Both the position numbers and the translations under genes were made by a program. This document shows, in pieces, positions 1 through 8,795 of a stretch of DNA of 64,000 nucleotides (position 1 is the stretch's first letter; every line of letters begins with the position of its first letter). The notes under the pieces were generated by a model. The model made no database searches and was not told the DNA's origin. It saw only the letters and a list, made by a program, of their open reading frames with translations. This stretch comes from an uncultured Spirochaetota bacterium (lineage in GTDB: Bacteria; Spirochaetota; Brevinematia; Brevinematales; JAOACQ01). Where the stretch lies: the NCBI GenBank assembly GCA_963835575.1, contig CAWIGG010000006.1:288001-352000 (forward strand), read 5' to 3'.

Positions 1-61
1 TCAAAAAATATTCTTATATTTATATAAGTCCCGCAGGGCAGTGGGATGTAAAGGAGGGCAT

Positions 62-622
62 ATGCGGAGATTGATCGTTTTTAATTCGGTTTCGCTGGAC
101 GGTTACTTTGTCGATGCTGACGGCGGTATGAGCTGGGCCCGCAATGCTAAAGAGGATAAAGAATGGGACGCTTTCGTCGAAGGCAATGCAAACGGCGGAG
201 GCCTTCTGGTTTTCGGCAGGATCACCTATGAGATGATGGCAGGCTACTGGCCGACGCCGGCCGCGGCCAGGAATGATCTTCTTGTCGCGGAGCGGATGAA
301 CAATCTGCCGAAGGCCGTGATTTCCAGGACATTGGACAAGGCGGCGTGGAACAATACAAAGCTGATAAAAGACATTTCGGAAATACGGAAGATAAAGGAT
401 GAATCCGGGCCCGGCATGGCAATCCTGGGGAGCGGCAGCATAGTTTCGCAGCTGACGCAGGAGCGTTTGATCGACGAATACCAGATTGTGGTGGTCCCCG
501 TTGTTCTCGGAGGGGGAAGAACGATGTTCGAAGGCGTGAGGGATAAGTTGAGCATGAAGCTGATAAAAACTCGGGCTTTTGCCAACGGAAATGTCCTGTT
601 GTGTTACGAACCGGCGGTGTGA
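62..622 (+). CDS. Dihydrofolate reductase / RibD C-terminal domain family protein
   Basis: N-terminal SLDGY, FGRITYE, GSGSIV, IDEYQIVVVPVVLGGG motifs; ATG at 62 preceded by AGGAGG. Confidence 0.85.
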   Translation: MRRLIVFNSVSLDGYFVDADGGMSWARNAKEDKEWDAFVEGNANGGGLLVFGRITYEMMAGYWPTPAAARNDLLVAERMNNLPKAVISRTLDKAAWNNTKLIKDISEIRKIKDESGPGMAILGSGSIVSQLTQERLIDEYQIVVVPVVLGGGRTMFEGVRDKLSMKLIKTRAFANGNVLLCYEPAV

Positions 623-637
623 AAAATCCAATTAATG

Positions 638-1189
638 TTTCACGCAGAGGCGCGAAGACCACAAAGGTTGGTTTTGAGATCTGAACATTACTCAAGACCT
701 TTGCACAGTAAATTTAAGATAATTCGCTGCCTGATAAAACTTTAGACAATAAATTGCCGCTTTAAACTGGACTTTTGCACGGTTTCTATTTAATTAGCTG
801 TTCCTGAAAAACCCTATAAGACCTCATAAATATTGGGTTTAAAGGCAAGAATAGTGTAAAATAACTCCCGGAAAATCGAAAAAAACACTTAAAAACCGGG
901 AGTTTTAATAATAAAGCCGAAAGAAAAAAAGATTAAACTCTGTTAGCAACAATCTCCTTCGCTTAGCGCTGCTTCGCGTGACTTCGCGGAAAACAACGGT
1001 CCGCCAAGCCGCGCGAAGAGACGCGAAGAAGTGAATTTTTGCAAATAACTATGAAAACAGACTTTTTCAGGGTGAACTAATTATCAGTTAATGGTTTGCG
1101 GAAACCGTGCAAAAGTCTTTACTCGATTTTCAAGAGATTCTTTGCGTGCGGCGCCTGTCCCGAGCTTGCCGAGGGACGTCTTTGCGTGA
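638..1189. repeat. Nested inverted-repeat element (CGCAAAG/CGCAGAG triplet arms) enclosing a MITE
   Basis: Left arm tttcacgcagaggcgcgaagaccacaaagg (638-667); right arm ctttgcgtgcggcg...cgtctttgcgtga (1140-1189) interrupted by cctgtcccgagcttgccgaggga. Confidence 0.7.
770..1117. mobile_element. Putative MITE (348 bp, non-coding) with perfect 17-bp terminal inverted repeats
   Basis: gacttttgcacggtttc (770-786) / gaaaccgtgcaaaagtc (1101-1117); a third related end agacctttgcacagt at 695-709. Confidence 0.65.
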
Positions 1190-1191
1190 TA

Positions 1192-3849
1192 TTATCTAGG
1201 ATTTTTTTCGATGACAGGAAAGAGGATGGAAAAAGCCGTGCCCTTTCCAATGCCGCCGCTCGAGACGCTGATCTTTCCGCCCATTTCCTTCATAAAATTG
1301 GCGCATGTATGCAGGCCGAACCCATGGCCTGTTTTTTTTGTCGTGTAGCCGAATGAAAACAATTTTTTTATTTCCTTGTCTTCAATACCGGCGCCGTTGT
1401 CCGATATGATTAATCTGATAAAACCTCCTGTGGAATTGTCGGCTGCTATCGTCAGGATGCGGCTGGTTTTTTCTATATCCTGCATGGCTTCCAGGCCGTT
1501 TTTAATGATATTTACCAGAATCTGTATCAGCTTGGATTTCTGAGTTTTCAGTTTGAGATTTCCGGGAATATTTTTTATGACCCTGATATCCAGCATATCG
1601 ATCATATCGTTTTTTAATTTTAAAGCGGTATCAACTGCCTCTGTAACGGATATTTCTTCAATCCAGGTCATCCTGTAGTCGTCGACGGCGTAGACATTCA
1701 GATCCTTGACGATCTCTATAATCAAATCTATTTTTTCCTGAAGGGAACGTGCCTCTTTTTCAACTGTGCTTTCTTCCTGCTGGAAATAGCCGCTGAGGGA
1801 TATGAAATATTTAAATATAACTTCCCCTCTCGGATCATTTTCGAAAAAATCCTTAAACCGGTCCTGATTTTCTTTCAGGATATGGATCGCATCCAGGAAT
1901 CCTCCCACATGCGATTTGTTGAGATGGCTGATGATAGTGTCTGAAGAAATGCAGACGCTGTTCAGCAGATTGCCGATATTATGGATCATACCGGCCGCCA
2001 CTTCTGCCATGCCCGCCTTATGGGCATTATCAAGAAGCTCTTTTTGCGCTTCCTTCAGGGCCTTTGTCCGCTCATCAACCATGGTTTCAAGCTTTTTATT
2101 ATAACGGCGCACTTCTTTGATTAAAGAAACGCCCTTGAGAGAGATGCCGAGCTGTTTGGACAGATTTTCGAAGATTGTCTCATCCGTATTGCCGGCCTCA
2201 AGAAGAATAAATCCGACATCCTCGCTTTTAAAATAAAGGGGCAAGAGGAAGTATGCAAAGCGTTTTTCGGAGCGGAAGTTGCCGGGGACAAGATTCCGGC
2301 TGGGGAAAAATTTCTTTTTTGTGTCGATCCGGACATTATCGCTCTGCTGATAATGAAAAAACATCCGGGACAATTTCAGACCGCTTTTTTTATCCCTGCT
2401 GTAAAGTGAAACAAAACAGCTCTGAATGCCCAGTGTGGGAAGCTGTTCCCCGAGGGTTTTTTTAATCTGCTTTTCGTCATAAGCGTAATTAATACCCTGG
2501 TTAACTCTGTCGACTACGACATGCTGAAGTTCGTTATTAATGGCTAAACTTGTCAGTATCTGTTCCGCAAAGACGCCTATCGAAATAAGGGTCTGTTCTT
2601 TCAATTCTCCGATTTTCTGAGTATACTCGGGCAGATTTTCCCTGATAAATGAAAAAAGGTAATTCGCGATCATATAAAAGTATGAAAAATGGATTCCTTT
2701 CTGATAGGTTTTCATGATTAATTTACGGAATATATCGAGAAAAACACCCTTTTCACCGCTGAATACTTCTTTGAAAAGCGCATCGCTTAATTCAAGAGCC
2801 CAATCTGAATAATTGGTATCGGTTTTTATTATCGGGAACAGCGTTTCCAGTAATGCCGGAAGTCTTTCAATTATAGTATATGCTGGCCTGGTGTTTCCTT
2901 TGCTGTTAATATTCTGAATACCGGTTATAAGCGGGTCTGACGAGTGTCCGAACATGTTGGCGCACCCGCATGAATTCCTGATCATCAGAGTCCCGGACAG
3001 GGTCACCGATCTGGGGACATTTTTCCCGTTTATCATTCCCATGATGAGTTCAAAGGCTTTCCGGCTTATTTCATGATAGGGCATTCCGATTGTTGTCAAG
3101 GGCGGATAAACGCTGATAGCGTCATGGATATCGTCGAAACCGGTGACGGCGACATCTTCGGGTACTTTCAAGCCCTGCGCCTGCAGTTCCGAGATGGCAT
3201 CAATGGCCAGGTAGTCATTTGAAGCGATCAGGGCTTTGAATTGCCCCCGTTTTTCATTCAGCAGATAACGGACAGCGCGGTTGCCGATAAATCGTTCAAA
3301 ACGCTCGCAATAATAAACCAGTCCGGGTTCAAAAGGGATCCCATGCATCTCCAGACCTTTTTTATAACCTGTAAGCCTTTCAATGGCATTATTATCGCTC
3401 TGCCGCCCCGCCAGGAAGGCGATTTTCTTGATGCCATGAATCTTGACAAGGTGGTCAACAATTCTGATAATGGCGTTTTCATTGTCAAGTATGATGCTGC
3501 AGCTGTCCGGGATGGATTTCAGGATATGAACGGCGGGGATGGGATGGTATTTTTCAAAAAACTGGGCCGTTTCCTTTTCAGTTATATATCCGCCGACAGA
3601 GCCTGTGAGGCAGATGATACCGTCTACCGTACTGGGGCTGATCAGGTCATAGACCCTGTTTCTCTGCCTGTACGCGCCGATGGTATCCTTGATGGATCCG
3701 CCCAGGACGCCGATAATATTGCAGCCGTTAATTTCCGCCGCATGATTGATGCCTTTCCATAAATTTTTCTGGTAATCATCGTTCATATAATCAATCATAA
3801 CGGCAATGGCCGGCCTGATCGTTTTCTTTTTACCGGAAATCTTATTCAT
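1192..3849 (-). CDS. Hybrid sensor histidine kinase with N-terminal LacI/periplasmic-binding-protein-like sugar-binding domain
   Basis: ASNDYLAI...VPEDVAVTGFDD...PPLTTI (LacI-type ligand domain); H-box IHNIGNLLN, N-box NIIKNGLEA, DNGAGI, GYTTK, GHGFGL. Confidence 0.85.
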   Translation of the reverse strand: MNKISGKKKTIRPAIAVMIDYMNDDYQKNLWKGINHAAEINGCNIIGVLGGSIKDTIGAYRQRNRVYDLISPSTVDGIICLTGSVGGYITEKETAQFFEKYHPIPAVHILKSIPDSCSIILDNENAIIRIVDHLVKIHGIKKIAFLAGRQSDNNAIERLTGYKKGLEMHGIPFEPGLVYYCERFERFIGNRAVRYLLNEKRGQFKALIASNDYLAIDAISELQAQGLKVPEDVAVTGFDDIHDAISVYPPLTTIGMPYHEISRKAFELIMGMINGKNVPRSVTLSGTLMIRNSCGCANMFGHSSDPLITGIQNINSKGNTRPAYTIIERLPALLETLFPIIKTDTNYSDWALELSDALFKEVFSGEKGVFLDIFRKLIMKTYQKGIHFSYFYMIANYLFSFIRENLPEYTQKIGELKEQTLISIGVFAEQILTSLAINNELQHVVVDRVNQGINYAYDEKQIKKTLGEQLPTLGIQSCFVSLYSRDKKSGLKLSRMFFHYQQSDNVRIDTKKKFFPSRNLVPGNFRSEKRFAYFLLPLYFKSEDVGFILLEAGNTDETIFENLSKQLGISLKGVSLIKEVRRYNKKLETMVDERTKALKEAQKELLDNAHKAGMAEVAAGMIHNIGNLLNSVCISSDTIISHLNKSHVGGFLDAIHILKENQDRFKDFFENDPRGEVIFKYFISLSGYFQQEESTVEKEARSLQEKIDLIIEIVKDLNVYAVDDYRMTWIEEISVTEAVDTALKLKNDMIDMLDIRVIKNIPGNLKLKTQKSKLIQILVNIIKNGLEAMQDIEKTSRILTIAADNSTGGFIRLIISDNGAGIEDKEIKKLFSFGYTTKKTGHGFGLHTCANFMKEMGGKISVSSGGIGKGTAFSILFPVIEKNPR

Positions 3850-3924
3850 AACAAAAATCCCCGCTTTAATTATATCATAGACCAGTATGAGGATTATCGC
3901 AAGAGAAAAAATTTAAAAAAGATC

Positions 3925-4108
3925 GGAACCACAGATTTCACTGATTACAAGATTACAATTATTAATATGGAAAAAAAAGAAAGGTCCTTGAACATTGTTT
4001 TGACGGCTCTTATTACGGGTTTCATTAAAAATATCAGTGAAATCTGTGCATGGTTCGACAAGCTTGGTTCCCGAGCATGCCGAGGAACACCATGGCGTCT
4101 GTGGTTCC
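3925..4108. repeat. Nested inverted-repeat element (CACAGATT triplet arms) with two nested REP-like inserts
   Basis: ggaaccacagatttcactgattacaagatt (3925-3954) vs atcagtgaaatctgtg...tctgtggttcc (4033-4108); right arm interrupted by catggttcgacaagct[tggttcccgagcatgccgaggaa]caccatgg. Confidence 0.75.
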
Positions 4109-4126
4109 AACCCGATAGAATGTAAA

Positions 4127-5074
4127 TTAAACAAGCCCCGCGCTTTCATCAAACCCGAGCATCAGGTTCATATTCTGCACCGCCGCACCGGAAGCACCTT
4201 TGCCGAGATTGTCCAGGCGGGCGATAAGCAGGATCTGCTCTTCATGACCTGTAACGAAAATTTCCATGTTATTTGTCTCATTGCATCCGGTCGGGCTGAT
4301 AAAACCGTCGCCTATTTTATCCGTCTCTTCTTTTGAAATAATTTTAATAAAACGCTCATTTTTGTAATGTTCCAAAAGTATTTCCCTTAAAGTGCCGGGA
4401 GTGTTTTTTCCCCTGAGCCCTGAGGGATAAAGCGGTATGAAAACCAGAAGGCCGTTATAGAAATTTCCGACTATGGGAACAAAATGAGGGTACTCTGCAA
4501 GGCCGGTGTATTTCTTCATTTCCGGCAGGTGCTTATGATGCAGATTGAGATTTTTAGGCCTTGCGCAGATTTCTTCCCAGACGCTTTTATCTTTAGATTC
4601 AAAATCCGCGATCATCTTTTTCCCGCCGCCGCTGTAGCCTGTGACGACATAAGACACAACGGGATAATTAACCGGTACAATGCCGCGCTGGATAAACGGT
4701 GCGAGCGCGAGTATAAATCCCGTCGGGTAGCATCCGGGATTCGATACCATTTTGGAAGCCTTGATTTTTCCGCGGTTGTTTTTATTCAATTCAGGCATTC
4801 CGTACACCCAATCCGGGTCCGTCCGGAACGCCGTGCTTGTATCAATGACTTTTGCCCCAGTCTTTTTGAGGATTTGAACGGCTTCTTTTGAGGCGTCGTC
4901 CGGCAGGCAGAGAATGACAAGGTCTGCCTGCTTATAGCGCTTTTCCTTTTCAGCCGGGTTCTTTTTATCTTCCTCGGATATTTCGATCATTTCTATATCA
5001 TCGCGGTTTTTCAGCCTTTCGAAAATTTTCAAGCCTGTCGTTCCATGCGCGCCGTCGACAAATATTTTTTTCAT
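4127..5074 (-). CDS. argC: N-acetyl-gamma-glutamyl-phosphate reductase (type 2 ArgC)
   Basis: FVDGAHGTTGL, DTSTAFR, SNPGCYPTG, GYSGGGK, ARLDNLGKGASGAAVQNMN. Confidence 0.93.
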   Translation of the reverse strand: MKKIFVDGAHGTTGLKIFERLKNRDDIEMIEISEEDKKNPAEKEKRYKQADLVILCLPDDASKEAVQILKKTGAKVIDTSTAFRTDPDWVYGMPELNKNNRGKIKASKMVSNPGCYPTGFILALAPFIQRGIVPVNYPVVSYVVTGYSGGGKKMIADFESKDKSVWEEICARPKNLNLHHKHLPEMKKYTGLAEYPHFVPIVGNFYNGLLVFIPLYPSGLRGKNTPGTLREILLEHYKNERFIKIISKEETDKIGDGFISPTGCNETNNMEIFVTGHEEQILLIARLDNLGKGASGAAVQNMNLMLGFDESAGLV

Positions 5075-5212
5075 AGGGTTTCCTCTTTTCATAAATTCAC
5101 TGAATAATAAAAATATATTATTTGATTATAACTTTTTTTACGCTTTTTTTCTAATAAGAATGACATTGTAAAATAATGCTGATGATATGCTCTGTTTGAA
5201 ATAAAGCAGGAT

Positions 5213-5917
5213 TCAGGCTTTATCCCGTTTCTTGATGGCGGTATTGAGGTGTGTATAGATGAGTTCCTGATTTTTAGTCGGGAACTGCAGTGCCGCTTCC
5301 AATTCCTTTACGGCTTCCTTGAAGTTTCCCGATTGAAACTCCGCCCAGCCCAGGCTGTCGCGGTAGGCCGCGGAATTCGGGCTTAAAGCCACTGCTTTTC
5401 TGGATTCATTGACGGCTTCCGGCAGGTTGATCCCCAGCTCGGCATAAGTATAACCCAGGTTATTATGAGCGCTCGCGTTATTGGGATCGAATTGAAGCGC
5501 TTTTTTAAAATTAAAAATAGCCAGATCGAATTTTTTGGTCAGGTAGTAAACATAACCCAGGGCTGAAAATGACATGGAGCTTTCGGGATTGATTTCCAGG
5601 GCTTTTTTAAAGCATTTTTCAGCCTTGGAATAGGATGATAACTCCGTATAGATAAAACCGAGGAGCATATTGGTCTGGATAAGCTGTATGATGGAAAGCT
5701 CAGCCGATGTGGTGATTTCTTTAAAACATGCGGCGGCCTTGCTGTATGAGGATGTGTTCGCGTAACAGACACCCAGATAATATGAGATGATATCGTGATT
5801 TCCCAGGTCCTTTTCCAGCTCTGTCAGGTCTTCAATGGCAGGCTGGTATCTCCCCTTATTGATAAAAGTATCCAGTATCGTGTCGATCCTGTTCTGAAGT
5901 TTTGAATTCTTTTTCAT
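5213..5917 (-). CDS. Tetratricopeptide repeat protein
   Basis: Repeated LG..Y...A...FKKAL...P 34-aa TPR units. Confidence 0.85.
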   Translation of the reverse strand: MKKNSKLQNRIDTILDTFINKGRYQPAIEDLTELEKDLGNHDIISYYLGVCYANTSSYSKAAACFKEITTSAELSIIQLIQTNMLLGFIYTELSSYSKAEKCFKKALEINPESSMSFSALGYVYYLTKKFDLAIFNFKKALQFDPNNASAHNNLGYTYAELGINLPEAVNESRKAVALSPNSAAYRDSLGWAEFQSGNFKEAVKELEAALQFPTKNQELIYTHLNTAIKKRDKA

Positions 5918-5945
5918 AAATGGTTTTCCCCTCCGCTTATAAAAA

Positions 5946-6005
5946 AACCTGTCCCTCTGCAGTAGAGACGCACGGCCGTGCGTCTCTACTGCAGAGGGAC
6001 AGGTT
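5946..6005. repeat. Perfect 60-bp palindrome: GTAG-type REP-like core inside a terminator-like stem
   Basis: aacctgtccctctgca-GTAGAGACGCACGGCCGTGCGTCTCTAC-tgcagagggacaggtt; on the minus strand it is followed by a T-run (5941-5947) just downstream of the HEAT gene. Confidence 0.85.
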
Positions 6006-6029
6006 ATGGTTTATGTGATGGACGGCATT

Positions 6030-6737
6030 CTATTTATTATATTTTGCGGCATTAGTGGAAGTAGTTGTAGTTGCCGAATTTTCTTCCTCATAAACGGAAG
6101 CTTTGTCCCACTTTGTCATGGCAATGCTCCTCTGGGCTGTTTCCTTGACAAAATTAAGATAAGGCCCCTGCGTTATGCGGAGCATATAAACGAAAGAAGA
6201 CTTATCGCCGATTTTGCCCAGAGCCTCGCAGAGATCGGCCACAAGACCGTTATCTTTGACCCCTTCCAGTTCGCTGTGCATGACGTCCAGTACCGACTTC
6301 TTCCTGGCCGCTTCGCCCATTAAGCCCAGCGCCTGAGCGGCAGCTCTTTTAACAGTATTATCCGTTTCATTTCTCAGCATGCCGACCAGATAATTTGCGG
6401 CCCTTTCATCCCCGATGTCGGCCAGAGCCTTTGCGGCGGCGACTTTAAGCTTCCAGTTGTAAAGCTCTTTTCCGCCGGCAACCAGCCTTTTGGTCTGCAG
6501 CATTTCAATCAGCATATCAACGGACTCTTTGGCTTTCAGTTCGCCCAATCGCTTCATGGCCTTGATTCTTATTTCATCATCTTCCGGAGAGGTTGAGCGT
6601 ATCACGTCTATCAGCTGGGGAATCCCGTCCGGGCCGACTGTATCAAGAGCATCTTCTGTTATATTATGCGCTCCATAGAAAAGATTGACTGTAAATAAAA
6701 AGGCAAGCGCGATGAAAAAAATATGACACTTCTTCAT
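6030..6737 (-). CDS. HEAT/PBS-lyase repeat protein with N-terminal signal peptide
   Basis: Repeats AAAKALADIGD, AAAQALGLMG, CEALGKIGD; hydrophobic N-terminus; S/T-rich C-terminal tail. Confidence 0.8.
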   Translation of the reverse strand: MKKCHIFFIALAFLFTVNLFYGAHNITEDALDTVGPDGIPQLIDVIRSTSPEDDEIRIKAMKRLGELKAKESVDMLIEMLQTKRLVAGGKELYNWKLKVAAAKALADIGDERAANYLVGMLRNETDNTVKRAAAQALGLMGEAARKKSVLDVMHSELEGVKDNGLVADLCEALGKIGDKSSFVYMLRITQGPYLNFVKETAQRSIAMTKWDKASVYEEENSATTTTSTNAAKYNK

Positions 6738-6870
6738 AATTTTCTCCTATTAAGGGTATTTAAACCACTCATATTGTGATTTATTTTCGGAATTTGTCAA
6801 GTATTTCTTAACTGTCGCCAAAAAACTAATATTTATCTTATTTAATTATAATAAATAAGCATCAAACCGG

Positions 6871-8571
6871 CTACCAATTCGACAGCAATGCGTTGGTCAG
6901 GCCGTCTTTCCATGGCCCATCTTTGTAAGGATAAATTCCGAAGCCGGCGCAGAATTCCCAGTAAGCCGTGGCGAATCCGAATTTCTCGGCTGTTGTCCTG
7001 ACAAACCCTGTCCATTTAATACGTGACGGCATATCCGAACTGTTATTAACGCCGCTGTAAGACCCGAACTCGCCGATCCAGACAGGGATATTATGCGCGG
7101 CCGCCCAGTTGGAGACTGTTGTGAATTTGCTGATGATATCGTTTTTACCGCCGGGCATATTAACGTCATGCGTGTTGTAAGCGTTGATCTGATCGGCTAT
7201 CCATGAAGGCGCTCCGGAAGGCATGGGGACTGTGTTAGTGGGATCAGGAAGTATATTGGGCCAGAGGACATTCGAAAGATTCATAATGGAAGGGTCCGAC
7301 CAGTCCGCCGTCTGGTGGGTGAAAATAAACGGGTCGTAAAAATGGAATGTGGCGATCAGATTCGTCCTGGCCGGGAGCGTCAGCTGCTGCAGTCCTGATA
7401 TGCCGTTCCAGTCAACCCCGCCGATGACAATGGTCCGGTATGGGTCTATCGCGCGGATTGCGTCCACTAATGCGGCGGCAATGGTATTCCATTTTGCGGC
7501 CGTCAGGCTCCCGTTGGGCTCATTCAAAAGTTCAAAATAAAGCGTGTCCGGCTTGTCTTTATAGCGGTCCGCTATCTGCTGCCAGATGGATATAAGCCTC
7601 GGAAGATGTGCGTCCGGATCGGTAAACATTTCCAGGTAATGATGGTCATTAATGACAACCGTCAGGTTATTGGCCAGCGCGTTGGAAACGACGCTGTCCA
7701 CGCGTGCAAAAAGTACGGGGTCTATCGTATAGGGCGGGGATGTTAAAGCATTGGTGGACCAGCGGATCGGGATCCGGACAGAATTAAAACCGGCCTGTTT
7801 GATCAGCTGAAAATAATTATCTTCTATTCTGACTCCCCAGCCTTCGCTCGGCGCGGCTTCCAGGCAGTTCCCCATATTGACGCCCCTGCCGAGCTTCCGG
7901 GCCTGAATGAAAGGGTTCTGCTCCGCCCTGGGATGGGTGTAGATCATCGCGGCGCTTCCGGTGTTCAAGTCAATATCCCTGGCATAAACCGTATATGTAT
8001 GGTCAGCCTTGCTGACAATCAGGTTTGTCGACCAGCTTGAAGTCCCGGTGACTTTTGAATAAACGCATCCGTCGACCGAGAGATAAACGCCTTCAATACC
8101 GGTGTTGTCATAAGCTGTTCCATTTAGCGTAAAGTTGGTCTGTATAGACTCGTTATTGGTCGGACTGGATATGGCTGCTATTGGGAAAGAGCTGTCGGCA
8201 GTAACGCTGATCTCATTCGTGGCGCTGTCCGTATCATTAATATTCCTGGAAAATGCATTGATAGTGTGTGTTCCGTCCGCCAGGCTGATATTCCGTGACC
8301 ATTTTTCCTTACCGTCAGCGGGGATAAACGTGTTATTGTCTATCCTGAGATAAACGCTTTTGATCGCCGGATTGCCCGACGCCGTGCCGTAAACATAAAG
8401 GTTTGATGAAACCGTCTGATTGTTTGTCGGTATGGATATGGCAATTGATGGAGGATTGGACTTTTGATCAGCCTGGGCCGGTAAAACACAGGAAGTCAGT
8501 ATGATAAATATCTGGAATATGATGTAAACCCGGATTAAATTTATTACTATTCTTTTCTTCATAGATACCAC
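6871..8571 (-). CDS. Glycoside hydrolase family 5 (endoglucanase-like) lipoprotein with two Ig-like domains
   Basis: Lipobox-like ILTSC; two Big-like beta domains; GVNMGNCLE, SVRIPIRW, NDHHY, FELLNEP (acid/base), WIGEFG (nucleophile), YWEF. Confidence 0.9.
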   Translation of the reverse strand: MVSMKKRIVINLIRVYIIFQIFIILTSCVLPAQADQKSNPPSIAISIPTNNQTVSSNLYVYGTASGNPAIKSVYLRIDNNTFIPADGKEKWSRNISLADGTHTINAFSRNINDTDSATNEISVTADSSFPIAAISSPTNNESIQTNFTLNGTAYDNTGIEGVYLSVDGCVYSKVTGTSSWSTNLIVSKADHTYTVYARDIDLNTGSAAMIYTHPRAEQNPFIQARKLGRGVNMGNCLEAAPSEGWGVRIEDNYFQLIKQAGFNSVRIPIRWSTNALTSPPYTIDPVLFARVDSVVSNALANNLTVVINDHHYLEMFTDPDAHLPRLISIWQQIADRYKDKPDTLYFELLNEPNGSLTAAKWNTIAAALVDAIRAIDPYRTIVIGGVDWNGISGLQQLTLPARTNLIATFHFYDPFIFTHQTADWSDPSIMNLSNVLWPNILPDPTNTVPMPSGAPSWIADQINAYNTHDVNMPGGKNDIISKFTTVSNWAAAHNIPVWIGEFGSYSGVNNSSDMPSRIKWTGFVRTTAEKFGFATAYWEFCAGFGIYPYKDGPWKDGLTNALLSNW

Positions 8572-8795
8572 CTCTCTCTTTACTTCTATAATTATATGAT
8601 TTTTTAATTAATACAGGAATTGAAATACCCGGGCCGGTAAATTATTCTTTCTCTAATAATGATAATATATCTTTTTTTTGAATAGATATCAAGGATGATT
8701 TAATAATTTCCTGATATGAGCGGATATTTTGACTTTTTTCTTTCTAATTATTAGAATATTTTCCGGTTGGGAAATATTTTAATAAGGCTGGATAT

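Noticed and set aside
661..675. acaaaggttggtttt also present on the minus strand near 24873-24888
   Set aside because: Single short match in AT-rich DNA without further similarity; probably chance
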